Source of the DNA: Candidatus Krumholzibacteriota bacterium
Lineage (GTDB): Bacteria > Krumholzibacteriota > Krumholzibacteriia > JAJRXK01
Assembly (NCBI GenBank): GCA_963727455.1
Contig: CAVSGG010000008.1
Span: 384,001 to 448,000 of the forward strand
Reading direction: 5' to 3'
DNA length: 64,000 bases
Below are positions 1 through 10,500 of this stretch, piece after piece. Made by a program: the position numbers and the translations under genes. Under the pieces are notes generated by a model. The model was given only the letters and a program-made list of their open reading frames with translations. It was not told the DNA's origin and searched no databases. The stretch's first letter is position 1. Each line of letters opens with the position of its first letter.

Positions 1-696
1 CGGGGCATGAACAGAGCAAAGGTCGACACCGCGCTGGGCAATTTCGTGGCCAAGCTGGCCTATTTCGGCGTCTGGATCTTTGCACTCATCGCGTCGCTGG
101 AAGCCTTCGGCGTGAGGACGACCTCATTCGTGGCCGTACTGGGTGCCGCTGGTTTGGCAGTCGGCCTCGCTCTCCAGGGCTCACTCTCGAATTTCGCCGC
201 GGGAGTGATGATCCTGCTCTTCAGACCCTTTCGCATCGGTGACTTCATCGAAGCAGCAGGGGTGAGAGGGAAAGTCGTCGAGATCAGCGTGTTCACTACC
301 ATCCTCTATACTCCCGATAACCAGAAGATGATCGTGCCCAACAGCGGAATCATGGGGGGCAACATCATCAACGTCACCGCGATGGACACACGCAGAGTCG
401 ATATCACGGCGGGCATCGCTTACGACGACGACATCGACAAGGCCAAGCGGGTCTTCCTGGAACTCTGCACCAACCACCCGAAAGTCCTGAAGGATCCAGC
501 CCCGGTGGTCAAGTTGTCATCGCTCGGGGATTCCTCGGTGAATTTCTCGATCCGGCCGTGGTCGAAGACGGAAGACTATTGGGACGTCTATTTCGACTTG
601 AACGAACAGATCAAGAAGGCCTGTGATGCGAACGGTTTGAGCATTCCGTTCCCCCAGCGAGACGTGCATCTCTTCCAGGCCTCCAACGGGGCCTAG
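1..696 (+). CDS. mscS: Small-conductance mechanosensitive channel (5' partial)
   Basis: GAAGLAVGLALQGSLSNFAAG TM3 motif, RPFRIGDFIE, IPFPQRDVH C-terminus. The frame is open from position 1, so the true start probably lies upstream of the window. Confidence 0.93.
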   Translation, partial: RGMNRAKVDTALGNFVAKLAYFGVWIFALIASLEAFGVRTTSFVAVLGAAGLAVGLALQGSLSNFAAGVMILLFRPFRIGDFIEAAGVRGKVVEISVFTTILYTPDNQKMIVPNSGIMGGNIINVTAMDTRRVDITAGIAYDDDIDKAKRVFLELCTNHPKVLKDPAPVVKLSSLGDSSVNFSIRPWSKTEDYWDVYFDLNEQIKKACDANGLSIPFPQRDVHLFQASNGA

Positions 697-899
697 CCGC
701 GAGCTCGCCCCGCCGGACTGCTTCCCCGCGGGCGATCCGCTCTCAACGGGAGTGCTATTGATCGCGGGGGGCCCATTTCTTAGCTTGAAAGGAGGGATCT
801 GCGCAGCTCGCGGGTCCTTTCGGTCTTGAAGCCCCCGATTGCCGGCGCCTGGGCCCGAAGAGAAGGTCCGCGCAGTTCGTCAAGGAGATAGAGTACGCG

Positions 900-2168
900 A
901 TGCATCTTCATGCTCCCTGGAGGCCACTTGGAGTGCTGGGGCTCTCCCTGCTCTGCGGCTGCCTCTTTGCTTGCAGCAATTCCACGACCGGACCCCTCCA
1001 GGACCAGGCCCCCGATACCAGCATTGTTTCGGCGCCGAGAAGCGACATCCCGAACTCCTACCGCGTCACGATCGCGTGGCTCGGCAGCGACCCGGACGGG
1101 CAGGTCGCGTCGTTCCAATGGCGCATGAGCGATGATGGCGCCGACGGGGTCGTCGATCCCGAGGACACTCTGGGACTCGACTGGCACAGCACTGCGATCA
1201 GCGACTCCACCTTCGACACTTCGGCCGAGCTGGATTCCTTCGCCGCGGATGTCGCGAACCCCCTCATCACCGATCCCATCGATTTCAGGAACTGGCAGAC
1301 GCATACCTTCTTCGTGCGCGCCATCGACCGACATGGCAACGTCGATCCCACTCCCGCCTCGGCCACTTTCACCGTCACCACCATCTTGCCCCAAGTGGAG
1401 TTCGATCTGCCCACACTCGACCAGGATGTCTGCCAGGCGACGAATACCACCGTCGGCATCGGAATCGATACCCGCGATGAGGACGACCCCCTCAGAGTCG
1501 CGTCCGAGTACCGCTACGCATGGGTGGCGGCGGAAGACCTCGACCCATCGCTTTTCGACGGCACCGGGGTGAGCCCCCCGCAGGCGGGAGATTGTCTCAC
1601 GCGCGAGCAGTACGAGCTGCTCGACTCTACTCGACTGTTCAAACAGAGCGATTGGTCGTCCTGGATTCCCTTCGAAATCACCAGCCGGCCCGAGGCCGAC
1701 ATCACCCGATCCGGCCTCTCACCCGGAAGCTCCTGGTTCCTCGCGGTGCAGGCGCGCGATCGGGCCAACGCCGTCACCACCACCTTTCGCTGGAACCGCA
1801 ATCTCTTCCACTTCCACGTGGACGGGGGGTTCTTCCCCGTACTGCACGTTGTCGATCCCAGCGCCGGGGAGATGGACTTTCTGGGCGAGGCCTCAAACGC
1901 GGTGGACCTAGGAGCCTACGGCGATTCCACCCTCACCTTCAGCTGGAGTGCCGACGCGGAGTCCTACGCGGGACTGATCGCGGACTACCGCTACGCTTTC
2001 GACGCGGCCGATCCCCTCAACGTCGAAGAGTCCGAATGGGATACTCCCTGGGCGATCTTGAGCTCCACGAGTGTCCAGCTGGATTCCGGCGCCCACAATC
2101 TGGCCATCGCGGTCCGGGACAATTCCGGAGCCATCACCAGGGCCGTCTATCTCTTCAGCGTCAACTAG
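900..2168 (+). CDS. Hypothetical lipoprotein with repeated Ig/FnIII-like beta-sandwich modules
   Basis: Signal peptide with lipobox LFAC. Repeated motifs HTFFVRAIDRHG, WFLAVQARDRAN, HNLAIAVRDNSG. AAGGAG upstream. Confidence 0.7.
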   Translation: MHLHAPWRPLGVLGLSLLCGCLFACSNSTTGPLQDQAPDTSIVSAPRSDIPNSYRVTIAWLGSDPDGQVASFQWRMSDDGADGVVDPEDTLGLDWHSTAISDSTFDTSAELDSFAADVANPLITDPIDFRNWQTHTFFVRAIDRHGNVDPTPASATFTVTTILPQVEFDLPTLDQDVCQATNTTVGIGIDTRDEDDPLRVASEYRYAWVAAEDLDPSLFDGTGVSPPQAGDCLTREQYELLDSTRLFKQSDWSSWIPFEITSRPEADITRSGLSPGSSWFLAVQARDRANAVTTTFRWNRNLFHFHVDGGFFPVLHVVDPSAGEMDFLGEASNAVDLGAYGDSTLTFSWSADAESYAGLIADYRYAFDAADPLNVEESEWDTPWAILSSTSVQLDSGAHNLAIAVRDNSGAITRAVYLFSVN

Positions 2169-2272
2169 AATCCAGGTTCTCCTTCCCTGCCGCCATCTGG
2201 CGACTACAATTGGGTGCGAGAGGTTGCCGTTCGGCAGCGAGGGCCGGCTCCCGTCTGGCGAGGAGGAGTACC

Positions 2273-2785
2273 ATGGACGAAGCCAAGAAGCAGCGCATGA
2301 TCGAGGTCCTGAAGGAAGCGGTCATGACCGAGATCAAGGGCCATCAGCTCTATTCTCACGCGGCGGAGACTACCGAGGATAGCGCGGCCAAAGCCATGTT
2401 CGAGGATATGGCCAAGGACGAAGAGCAACACGTACAAATCCTCCAGACCCAGCTCGAGAACTACACCAACGAAGGCCGGCTCAAGTTGGACGAGATCCAT
2501 CCGGCTGCGGTGGATCACGGCGCCTCGCACATTATCAACGACAGCTTTCGCAAGTCCTTGCGCCGGGGTGCCTTCGAAATGGCGGTAATTGGTATCGGTG
2601 TCGATTTGGAGAACCGCGCGATCTCCTACTACAAAGAGCAGGCTGAGAAGTCCTTCGACCCGGACCTCAAGAAACTCTTCACTTGGTTGAGCGAGTGGGA
2701 GGTCGGCCACCTCAACGCCCTGATGGATCTCCAGAAGTTCACGCAGGACGAATACTGGTCCCAACAAGGCTTCTCGCCCATGTAG
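2273..2785 (+). CDS. Ferritin-like / rubrerythrin family diiron protein
   Basis: Starts MDEAKK at 2273 after AGGAGGAG. Two E...ExxH motifs (EEQH, EVGH). No rubredoxin domain. Confidence 0.85.
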   Translation: MDEAKKQRMIEVLKEAVMTEIKGHQLYSHAAETTEDSAAKAMFEDMAKDEEQHVQILQTQLENYTNEGRLKLDEIHPAAVDHGASHIINDSFRKSLRRGAFEMAVIGIGVDLENRAISYYKEQAEKSFDPDLKKLFTWLSEWEVGHLNALMDLQKFTQDEYWSQQGFSPM

Positions 2786-2816
2786 GCCGCTGGCCCGGCA
2801 TCAGAGGAACACGAAC

Positions 2817-3083
2817 TCAAAGGTGGAGGATCAGCTCGCCTCCCCAGCGGCTGACCCGACGGATCTCTCTCAGGGGAACGATCTGATCCACTTTCTCCAT
2901 GGACTTGCGCTTGGGAGCCTCGTATCCCAGGCGCAGATAGTCCTCCCCCACCTCGGTGATGGTCGCAAGATAGGTCTCCAGCTGCACGGTATCGCGCATG
3001 ACCGATTCGGAGAAGCTGCGCGGATTGACCACCGTCACGTCCTTGTCGACCCAAGTAAGGAGAATGTCACGCAAGCAAGCCAT
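2817..3083 (-). CDS. Small hypothetical protein (88 aa)
   Basis: ATG at 3083 after GAGG. Protein-like composition; fills the gap between flanking genes. Confidence 0.6.
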   Translation of the reverse strand: MACLRDILLTWVDKDVTVVNPRSFSESVMRDTVQLETYLATITEVGEDYLRLGYEAPKRKSMEKVDQIVPLREIRRVSRWGGELILHL

Positions 3084-3227
3084 GGGCACCTCTAGGCTGC
3101 AGGAAATGAAGACCTTTCGATTGTAAACCCAGTGGCGAGCTCTCTCCAAGCCCTGGCTTGGCTTGCACGAAGGGCGCAAGACGGTATTCTGCTCACGGCC
3201 CTCCAGCTCTCTTGAAGGAGTCGGCGC

Positions 3228-4583
3228 GTGGACGAAAAGAATTCCGAATTGGCCGAGTCGGTGGACCGTATGCTGCGGGAAGTACTGGCCGACGCCGCCG
3301 AGCATCCGGTCCTACCCTCCTTGCCCCCCGAAGAACTCGCGGCTCGGCTCGAGCTAGGGCTCACCAGCGAGGGCAGAAGTCTGAGCCGGGTGGTCGAGGA
3401 TCTCGTCACCCTGGCGGCCAACACCCCGAGAACCAGTTCGCCGCACTTCTTCAACCAGCTCTTCGGCGGCCGTGAAACCGCGGCCGTCGTTGCGGAGACC
3501 TTGAGCGCGGTCCTCAACAACTCGATGTATACCTACAAGGCCGCAGGATGTCAGGTCTTACTGGAACGTGAACTCCTGCGGCACATGGCAGATCTGGTGG
3601 ACATGCCGAACGCCGAGGGTTCTCTGCAGGCTGGCGGAAGTCTCTCCAACCTGCTCGGGCTCATGCTCGCGCGCAATCGCGCCTTCCCTCAGTGGCGCGA
3701 GAGGGGTCCCTCCGGTCAGAAACCCGTGCTCTACACTTCGAGCGAGTCGCACTACTCGGTGCGCAAGGCTGCCGGCATTCTGGGTATCGGGCGCGAGAAC
3801 CTGCGCTCCGTCGAGGTTGACGAGAGGGGGAGGATGCTTCCGGAGGAGTTGGAGCGGCAAATCCTGGCCGACGAGCGGGCCGGCCGCACGCCTTTCTTCG
3901 TGAACGCCACCGCCGGTACCACGGTCCGCGGGGCCTTCGATCCTCTGAGCGAACTGGCGCAGATCACCCGGCCGCGAGGCCTGTGGTTGCATGTCGACGG
4001 CGCTTTCGGCGCCTCGGTCGCCCTCTCCCCGCGGCGAAAGCACCTCTTGAAGGGGGTCGAGTCCGCGGACTCTCTCGCCTGGGACCCCCACAAGATGATG
4101 GGCGTGCCACTGCCTTGCTCGGTGCTGCTCGTGCGGGAAAGGGGGCTCTTGCGCGCGAGCCTCAGCGAGAGAGCGGACTATCTCTTCCAGGAAAACGACG
4201 AGGACGTGAACCCGGGCGACCGCAATCTTCACTGCGGACGGCGAAACGACGCGCTCAAGCTCTGGGCGAGCTGGCGGTACTATGGAGACTCGGGTTGGGA
4301 GCGTCGCATCGAGCGTCAGTTCGCTCTGGCAAGACACGCCGCGCGGAGGATCAAGGAGCGCCAGGAGTTCTCTCTGGTCGAAGAGCCGCCCTGTATTACG
4401 GTCTGCTTCGAGGTGGTCGGCAAGAACAGCGAAGTGGTGTGCCGCAAGCTCGCGGAGCAGGGACTGGCCAAGATCGGCTACGGCAAGGTGCGCGAACGCA
4501 ATGTGATCCGTCTGGTCACTGTGAATCCCGAGCTGAGGGAGGAGGACCTGGAGGCGCTCCTGGCGCAAATTCTCACCGTCTGA
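3228..4583 (+). CDS. Group II PLP-dependent amino acid decarboxylase (GAD/CSAD/ADC-like)
   Basis: FFNQLFGG, SHYS, ATAGTT, LHVDGAFG, PLP-lysine motif DPHKMMG, CGRRNDALKLW. Confidence 0.92.
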   Translation: MDEKNSELAESVDRMLREVLADAAEHPVLPSLPPEELAARLELGLTSEGRSLSRVVEDLVTLAANTPRTSSPHFFNQLFGGRETAAVVAETLSAVLNNSMYTYKAAGCQVLLERELLRHMADLVDMPNAEGSLQAGGSLSNLLGLMLARNRAFPQWRERGPSGQKPVLYTSSESHYSVRKAAGILGIGRENLRSVEVDERGRMLPEELERQILADERAGRTPFFVNATAGTTVRGAFDPLSELAQITRPRGLWLHVDGAFGASVALSPRRKHLLKGVESADSLAWDPHKMMGVPLPCSVLLVRERGLLRASLSERADYLFQENDEDVNPGDRNLHCGRRNDALKLWASWRYYGDSGWERRIERQFALARHAARRIKERQEFSLVEEPPCITVCFEVVGKNSEVVCRKLAEQGLAKIGYGKVRERNVIRLVTVNPELREEDLEALLAQILTV

Positions 4584-4782
4584 GCACCATTGCCGCCCCA
4601 GGCGGGATGAGGTCGAGGCGGCGGCGCCTCCGGGCCCGGCGAGGTCTGAACCAGGGCTCGGTTGACGATGCCCTGGCGACACGATAGCCTCCCCCATTCG
4701 AACTCGCGTTTCCTTCAGAATTCGGCCCCGCACAAGCGCGTCCACACTTCGCGCCACGCCGAGGGCCCTGGGGATGAGACTC

Positions 4783-5760
4783 ATGCGAATCTTGTCGGGC
4801 GTTCAACCCACGGGAAAGCTCCATCTGGGCAACTACTTCGGCGCCATCCGACAGCATCTGCAGTTGCAGGATGAGCCCGGCAATCAGTGCTTCTACTTCA
4901 TCGCGGACTACCATGCCCTGACCACCGTGCATCAGCCGGAAGTCCTGCGGGAGAACATTCGCGAAGTCGCTCTCACCTATCTCGCGCTGGGACTCGATCC
5001 AAAGCGAACGGTCTTCTACCGCCAAAGTGATCTGCCGGAAGTCACCGAGCTCACCTGGCTGCTCGCGAGCGTCACCGGGATGGGGCTCATCGAACGCGCA
5101 CATTCTTACAAGGACAAAGTCGGCCGCGGCATCAAGCCCAGTCTTGGCCTGTTCTACTATCCAGTTCTCATGGCGGCGGACATCCTCATCGTCAAAGGTC
5201 AGGTGGTTCCCGTCGGCCAGGATCAGGTGCAGCACTTGGAGATGGCCCAGGACATGGCAGGCTACTTCAACAGCAGCTTCGGCACCGATGCGCTCGTGCG
5301 TCCCGAGTGGCGATTGAGCGCGACGCCCAAAGTGCCCGGTACCGACGGCCACAAGATGTCCAAGAGCTACGACAACACCATTTCGATTTTCGCTGAGGGT
5401 AAGGCTCTGAAAAAGTCGGTCATGGGGATCGTCACGAATCCCATCGACCTGGGAAAACCTCTTCCCACCGAGGATGACAACATTCTGGGACTGTACAAGC
5501 TCTTCGCGAAGCAAGACGAGATTGAGCAGATGGAAGCCGACTATCGCGAAGGTTCCATTGGCTATGGCGAAGCGAAAAAGAGGCTCCTCGAGAAGATCGA
5601 CGGCCATTTTTCCCTGGCGCGCGAGCGGCGACGAGAGCTCTCGAAACAACCCTCGTACGTCGAAGACGTGCTCGCGGACGGGGCCAAGCGCGCCAGGGAA
5701 GTTGCGCAGCGAACCATGCAGGAATGCCGCGAGGCGTGCGGTCTCTCGCGCCCGATTTGA
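4783..5760 (+). CDS. trpS: Tryptophanyl-tRNA synthetase
   Basis: SGVQPTGKLHLGNY (HIGH), YPVLMAADIL, VPVGQDQ, KMSKS. Confidence 0.97.
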   Translation: MRILSGVQPTGKLHLGNYFGAIRQHLQLQDEPGNQCFYFIADYHALTTVHQPEVLRENIREVALTYLALGLDPKRTVFYRQSDLPEVTELTWLLASVTGMGLIERAHSYKDKVGRGIKPSLGLFYYPVLMAADILIVKGQVVPVGQDQVQHLEMAQDMAGYFNSSFGTDALVRPEWRLSATPKVPGTDGHKMSKSYDNTISIFAEGKALKKSVMGIVTNPIDLGKPLPTEDDNILGLYKLFAKQDEIEQMEADYREGSIGYGEAKKRLLEKIDGHFSLARERRRELSKQPSYVEDVLADGAKRAREVAQRTMQECREACGLSRPI

Positions 5761-5858
5761 GGCGGATTGGGCCAGCCATGGGCCCTTCTTGCGCCTTTTT
5801 TGCAGTTTCGGCAACTTATCCACCACACCGGTCTATAAAGACGAGGATGGAAGTTACG

Positions 5859-7583
5859 ATGACCAGACAAGTACAAATTGAAACTCCTGTGCCGCAGGGC
5901 GCCAGAGTCGCAGGGATGCACTCCTTTGCCCGCGCTCTCGTGCCACTTTGTGTATCGTTGCTCGTCCTCTTCTTTCTGCTCTTCGCCCTTCCCTCGACCG
6001 GGATCGCACAGGACTCCACTGAGACCAGCGTCGCGCCCATGGACTCCACCGGCAGCGAGATTCCGGCCGATTCGGCGCTGCGCATCATGGAGCTCCAGGA
6101 TAAAATCAAGAAGGACCCCTACGACGGGGAGGCCCACACCGAACTCGGCATTCTCTACACGAACGAGAAGATGTTCGACGAGGCGCGCAATCAGTTCATC
6201 GCGGCCATTCAGTGCGCACCGGGAGAGCCTCTCACCCACCTGAACCTCGCGGTGGCTTTGCTCAAGATGAAAGCCTGGAAGGAAGCGATCCAACCCCTGA
6301 CCGCGTTCAGCAACCTCGCCCCGGACGACGGCCGTGGGTACATCCTGCTTGGAGACGCCTACAGCCACCTCGACCAGACCGACAAGGCCCGGGAGAACTG
6401 GGAAGCGGGACTTCGGATGCTGGGCGTGAAGGCCACGGACAAGGCCGAAATGCTCAGACGGCTGGTCAAGAGTTACGAGGACGATGGTGGCCCGGCCGCA
6501 GCGGTGGCCGAGATGGACAAGCACGAGCCCATGCTCAAGGGAGGCGACTTTGCCGACCTCCGCGCGCGCAGAGTGGGGCTCTTCATGAAACTGGCCAAGC
6601 AAGCCCAGGACGCGGGGAAAGACGACGATGCACTGCACTGGATGGCCCGGGCTCGTGGGTCCAAGTCGGCCCCGGCCACCGCATGGACGGCGGCGGCCGA
6701 GATTCTGCTCGAGAAAGACCTTCCCGATTCCGTCACGGCGCTCGCCACGGAAAATCCCAACGCTCCCGCAGGCACCAACGCATATCTGCGTGGGCGGGTG
6801 GCCGAGCAGCAAGGGGATCTGCAGACAGCGGCGAGGTATTACAAGGAGGCGCTCTCTGCCGATCCGGACTATCCGGGAGCGAGCGCGTTCCTGGGCGGCG
6901 TCCTGGCGCGTCTGGGAGACACCCACGGAGCACAGAAGGCACTGGCCCGGGCGACCTCCCGCGGCGAGGGCGGCGTCGCCACTAAGTACAATCAGGCCGT
7001 CGTACGTTCGAAGGCGGGCGATTACCGGGGCGCCATTCCTCTGCTCAACGAGGTCATCCAGAAAGATCCCTCCCTCAAGGATGCCTACCGTGCCCTGGCC
7101 GCGGCCTACCGCAAGACGGATCAGTACGAAAAGGCAGCCGAGACTTCGCAGCAGTTCCTGGACAAATTCGGTCCCTCCGCCGGGGAGATCTATCAGCTCG
7201 CGTATGCGCAATACAAGAGCGGGAACTACTCGGACGCGGCGGAAAACTACGAGATCGTCACCGCCATGGAGCCCGACAACTTCAATGCCTACTACGGGCA
7301 CGGCCAGTGCTTGATGAAGTTGGGGCGCTACGACGATGCCATTGGGTCGTTTTCTCAGGCCGTGAAACTGCGCCCGGACAACGAGATTGCGGTCTTCAAC
7401 CTGGCTTTCGCCTATCAGAAGGCGGGAAGGTACAAAGAGGCGATCGATTCCTATCTCGATGCCAGCGATCTCCGGGAGACCATCCGGTCCTACACCAACA
7501 TTGCCATCTGCTACCGGAAGCTCGGCGACAAGGATGCGGCGGACGAGTATTATGAGAAAGTCAACGCCATGAAAAAGAAGTAA
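5859..7583 (+). CDS. Exported tetratricopeptide repeat protein
   Basis: Hydrophobic signal segment followed by many TPR units (e.g. AYYGHGQCLMKLGRYDDAIGSFSQAVKLRPDN). Start codon uncertain (5847, 5859 or later). Confidence 0.85.
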   Translation: MTRQVQIETPVPQGARVAGMHSFARALVPLCVSLLVLFFLLFALPSTGIAQDSTETSVAPMDSTGSEIPADSALRIMELQDKIKKDPYDGEAHTELGILYTNEKMFDEARNQFIAAIQCAPGEPLTHLNLAVALLKMKAWKEAIQPLTAFSNLAPDDGRGYILLGDAYSHLDQTDKARENWEAGLRMLGVKATDKAEMLRRLVKSYEDDGGPAAAVAEMDKHEPMLKGGDFADLRARRVGLFMKLAKQAQDAGKDDDALHWMARARGSKSAPATAWTAAAEILLEKDLPDSVTALATENPNAPAGTNAYLRGRVAEQQGDLQTAARYYKEALSADPDYPGASAFLGGVLARLGDTHGAQKALARATSRGEGGVATKYNQAVVRSKAGDYRGAIPLLNEVIQKDPSLKDAYRALAAAYRKTDQYEKAAETSQQFLDKFGPSAGEIYQLAYAQYKSGNYSDAAENYEIVTAMEPDNFNAYYGHGQCLMKLGRYDDAIGSFSQAVKLRPDNEIAVFNLAFAYQKAGRYKEAIDSYLDASDLRETIRSYTNIAICYRKLGDKDAADEYYEKVNAMKKK

Positions 7584-7596
7584 CCGGAAGCAGAAG

Positions 7597-10500
7597 ATGG
7601 GCCGAATCCTCACCGCAGCTGGCGCTTTCGCAGTGGAAGAGCTCCTGCTGGCGAAGGTGGACGAGGATCAAGCGGCGGTAGCGGCCGATCCGGCTCTCCT
7701 GAGCAAGCCGCTGCGCATCCTCGTTCCCTCACGAACTCTCAAAGACCATCTCTCAGCGCGGATTTGCGAGCGTCGCGGCGGTGCGGCCGGGCTTCTCGTG
7801 CAAACCCATCTGCAGCTCGCGCTTGAACTCTTCGATGGAAATCCGCAAAGCTGGGGCAAAACTCACGACTCGCTGTTCGCGATGCTCCTTCGGCGCGAGG
7901 CGGAGGAGCATCCGCTGCTGCGCGAGATCCTGAGCGAGTTGGTGCAGGGAACCAGAGCCGTCGTCTCCTCGGCGGACGATCTCTGTCACGCGCAAATCTC
8001 GCCCGAGCTGAGCGATGCTCTCCTGGAAGCACTGGACGAACTGGAGAGCAGTGGTTCCTCGCTTCGTGCGCGCGCGGTGCTGGAGTCGACTTTCACCGCC
8101 CAGTCCAAATTCGAGAGTTTGCAGCTACTCACGAGAGACGGGCTGGTGGCGCAAGTGAGCTCGAAGCTTGCCGACAGGCAATTCCTGACGGATTGCGCGC
8201 GGGGCATTCTGATCCACGGGTACGCCGACGCGACCGGAATCGTGACCGGCTTCCTGGAGGAACTTCTGCATCATCCGAATTCCACTGCCTTCCTGGACCG
8301 TCCCGCCGATCCGGCCAAACGAGGTGAGTTCGATCTGGGGATCGAGTTTTCGCGACCCTTCGGACTCAGACTTGGCGAGAGCTTGAAGCTACCGCAGATC
8401 GGCGGAGATTTGGCGCGACTTTCAGTATTCTGCGCCACGGGTGCCCGCGGCGAAGCGCGCGAAATCGCTCGTCGACTCCGAACTCTTTTGGACGAAGAGA
8501 ACCCGCCTGCCACGGAGAGCGTGGCCATCGTCGCCCGCTCGCTCCCCCGCCACTTCCTGGACCTCACGGAAGCACTCGATGACTACGGAGTTCCCTGGCG
8601 CGCCCCCCAGGCCACGGGCAGCGTCGATGCGGCGGGGCGCAAGCTCCAGGCGCTGATGCAGTTTCTGCGACTCGCTTCGGCATTCCCGGTGGAGCGTTGG
8701 CTTGAGCTCCGGGAATACGATGGAGACTCTCTGAAGTTGCGGCTCGCCGCCGCAACTCTGGGCGCGGGGAGACTGAGGCAACTCGCGGGCATCTCCGACG
8801 AGGAAATCGCCGCACACTCCCCAGCGTTTGGGCTTCCCATTCGTGACGGACTTAAGGAAGTCAAGGAGCTTTCGCTGCGTTCCCTCGCACTGGATGCTGT
8901 GCGCGCGCTTCGAAATGACGCGCGTTCTCTCGTGGAGCGCCTACGCTCTTGGCCCAAACAACAGACGCTGCCCGAGCACGCCACCGCGCTGCGTTCCCTC
9001 GTAGAGAGTAGCCTGGCTTGGACATATGACAGCGAGAGTGCAGAGGCATTGCGACGTCTCGAGAAGCTCCTGAGCAGCTACGACATGCCGCTCGAGCTAC
9101 AACAAACGGAATTCGTTGGACTTCTCGAGGAGCGGATCGAGGAGCTGACCCACACGCAGGAGGATGGTAACGGCGGCGGCGTGCAAATTCTGGACGTCAC
9201 GAAGGCGCGTGGCCTCACCTTCTCCCGGCTCTTCGTGATCGGTCTCAACCGCGGAGCGTTTCCGTCCAGTGTAAAGGAAGACCCTCTTCTTCCCGACCGA
9301 GTCCGCACCAGACTTCGTCAGGTCTTGCCCGACTTGAAAGGCAAGCGCGAACGCGGCCGAGAGGAGCGTTTTCTGTTCGCGCAGCTGCTGTCTTCTGCCC
9401 CCGAAGTGACCCTCTCCTGGTGGACGAGCGACGATGACGGACGTCCTTTGCCCCCTTCGCCGTTCCTACAACGTCTGGGCTTGAGCTTGAACGATGAGCC
9501 GGAGTCCTCGGTCGCAAGCCAAGAGGAGTTTGAGAAATTCCGCCCACGCCCGCTCCAAGAACATCTTCTACAGGCGGGCTTGCGCGACGACGAGAAGCGC
9601 TTCGTGGCGCTATTGGCTCCCGCGCTCGTGGAGTCGGGCTGCGCCGACATCCTTCCTCCTCATCCAGAGCGCTGGGCTGAGGCAAGCCGTGCCGTGCTGA
9701 AGGAAAGGGACATGTGGCCCGGTTCCGCGTCGGACCTGGGACCCTGGATGGAGGGACCCGGGCCCTCGGCACGGCTTTGGCCCGAACTGCAATCGGGCTC
9801 GGCTTTCGTCACCAAGTTGGAAGCGCTGGCGCGGTGTCCCTGGGCCTACTTTCTCGAGAGAGTTCTGCACATTCAGCCGCTCCCTGATCCTCTCGCATCG
9901 CTTCCACTCTTGGATCGGCGGCGCGTAGGCAGCGTGGTTCACAAGACCCTGGAACGCATCGTGGAAAGGGTGGTGGGCAGTCCATCGCGGGGCGGTCTTC
10001 AGGCGCTCTGCGAGCAGCCGGCCGTCGAAGTTCCCTGGCCCGATTCCTCTCTGCTGGCGCGGATGAGCGAAGACGCGGCGTTGGAGGTTCTCCGTGAAGA
10101 GGGCTTGGCCCTGCCAGGATTGGCGCGGGCCCTGGCCACCTGTGCGCAGCCCTATCTGGACGTGTGCCGGCAGGAGCTCTTCTCGCCTTCAGCGCCCAAA
10201 GTCGTGGCCTCGGAAGTTTCCGGACGGGTCGAGCTCGTCCAAGCCGACGGGCACACGCTGCAGCTCTCCTTCCGCGCCGATCTCGCGCAGCGCCGCCAGA
10301 AAGAACTCCATCTCATCGACTTCAAGACCTCCGCTCCGTTCCTCAAGACCACCACGGACGCCTCCCGCAGGAAACACAGCTTGAACGCACTCCGCTCGGG
10401 GACCCGATTGCAGGGCATGAGTTACGCTCTCGCCGGGCAGCAAGCCACGGAGGGGGACGCTTGGGGTTCGTACCTGCATCTTCGACCCGATGCGCACGGT

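Noticed and set aside
1520-2272. N-terminal extension of the ferritin-like ORF (421-aa call)
   Set aside because: Overlaps the lipoprotein in another frame and is Arg-rich; a strong RBS supports the start at 2273.
4584-4782. T-box leader upstream of trpS
   Set aside because: No T-box consensus (GGTGGNACCGCG) or terminator; only a generic hairpin.
5562-7613. 683-aa antisense ORF opposite the TPR gene
   Set aside because: Shadow ORF caused by high-GC codon bias; no recognisable motifs, while the sense gene is well supported.
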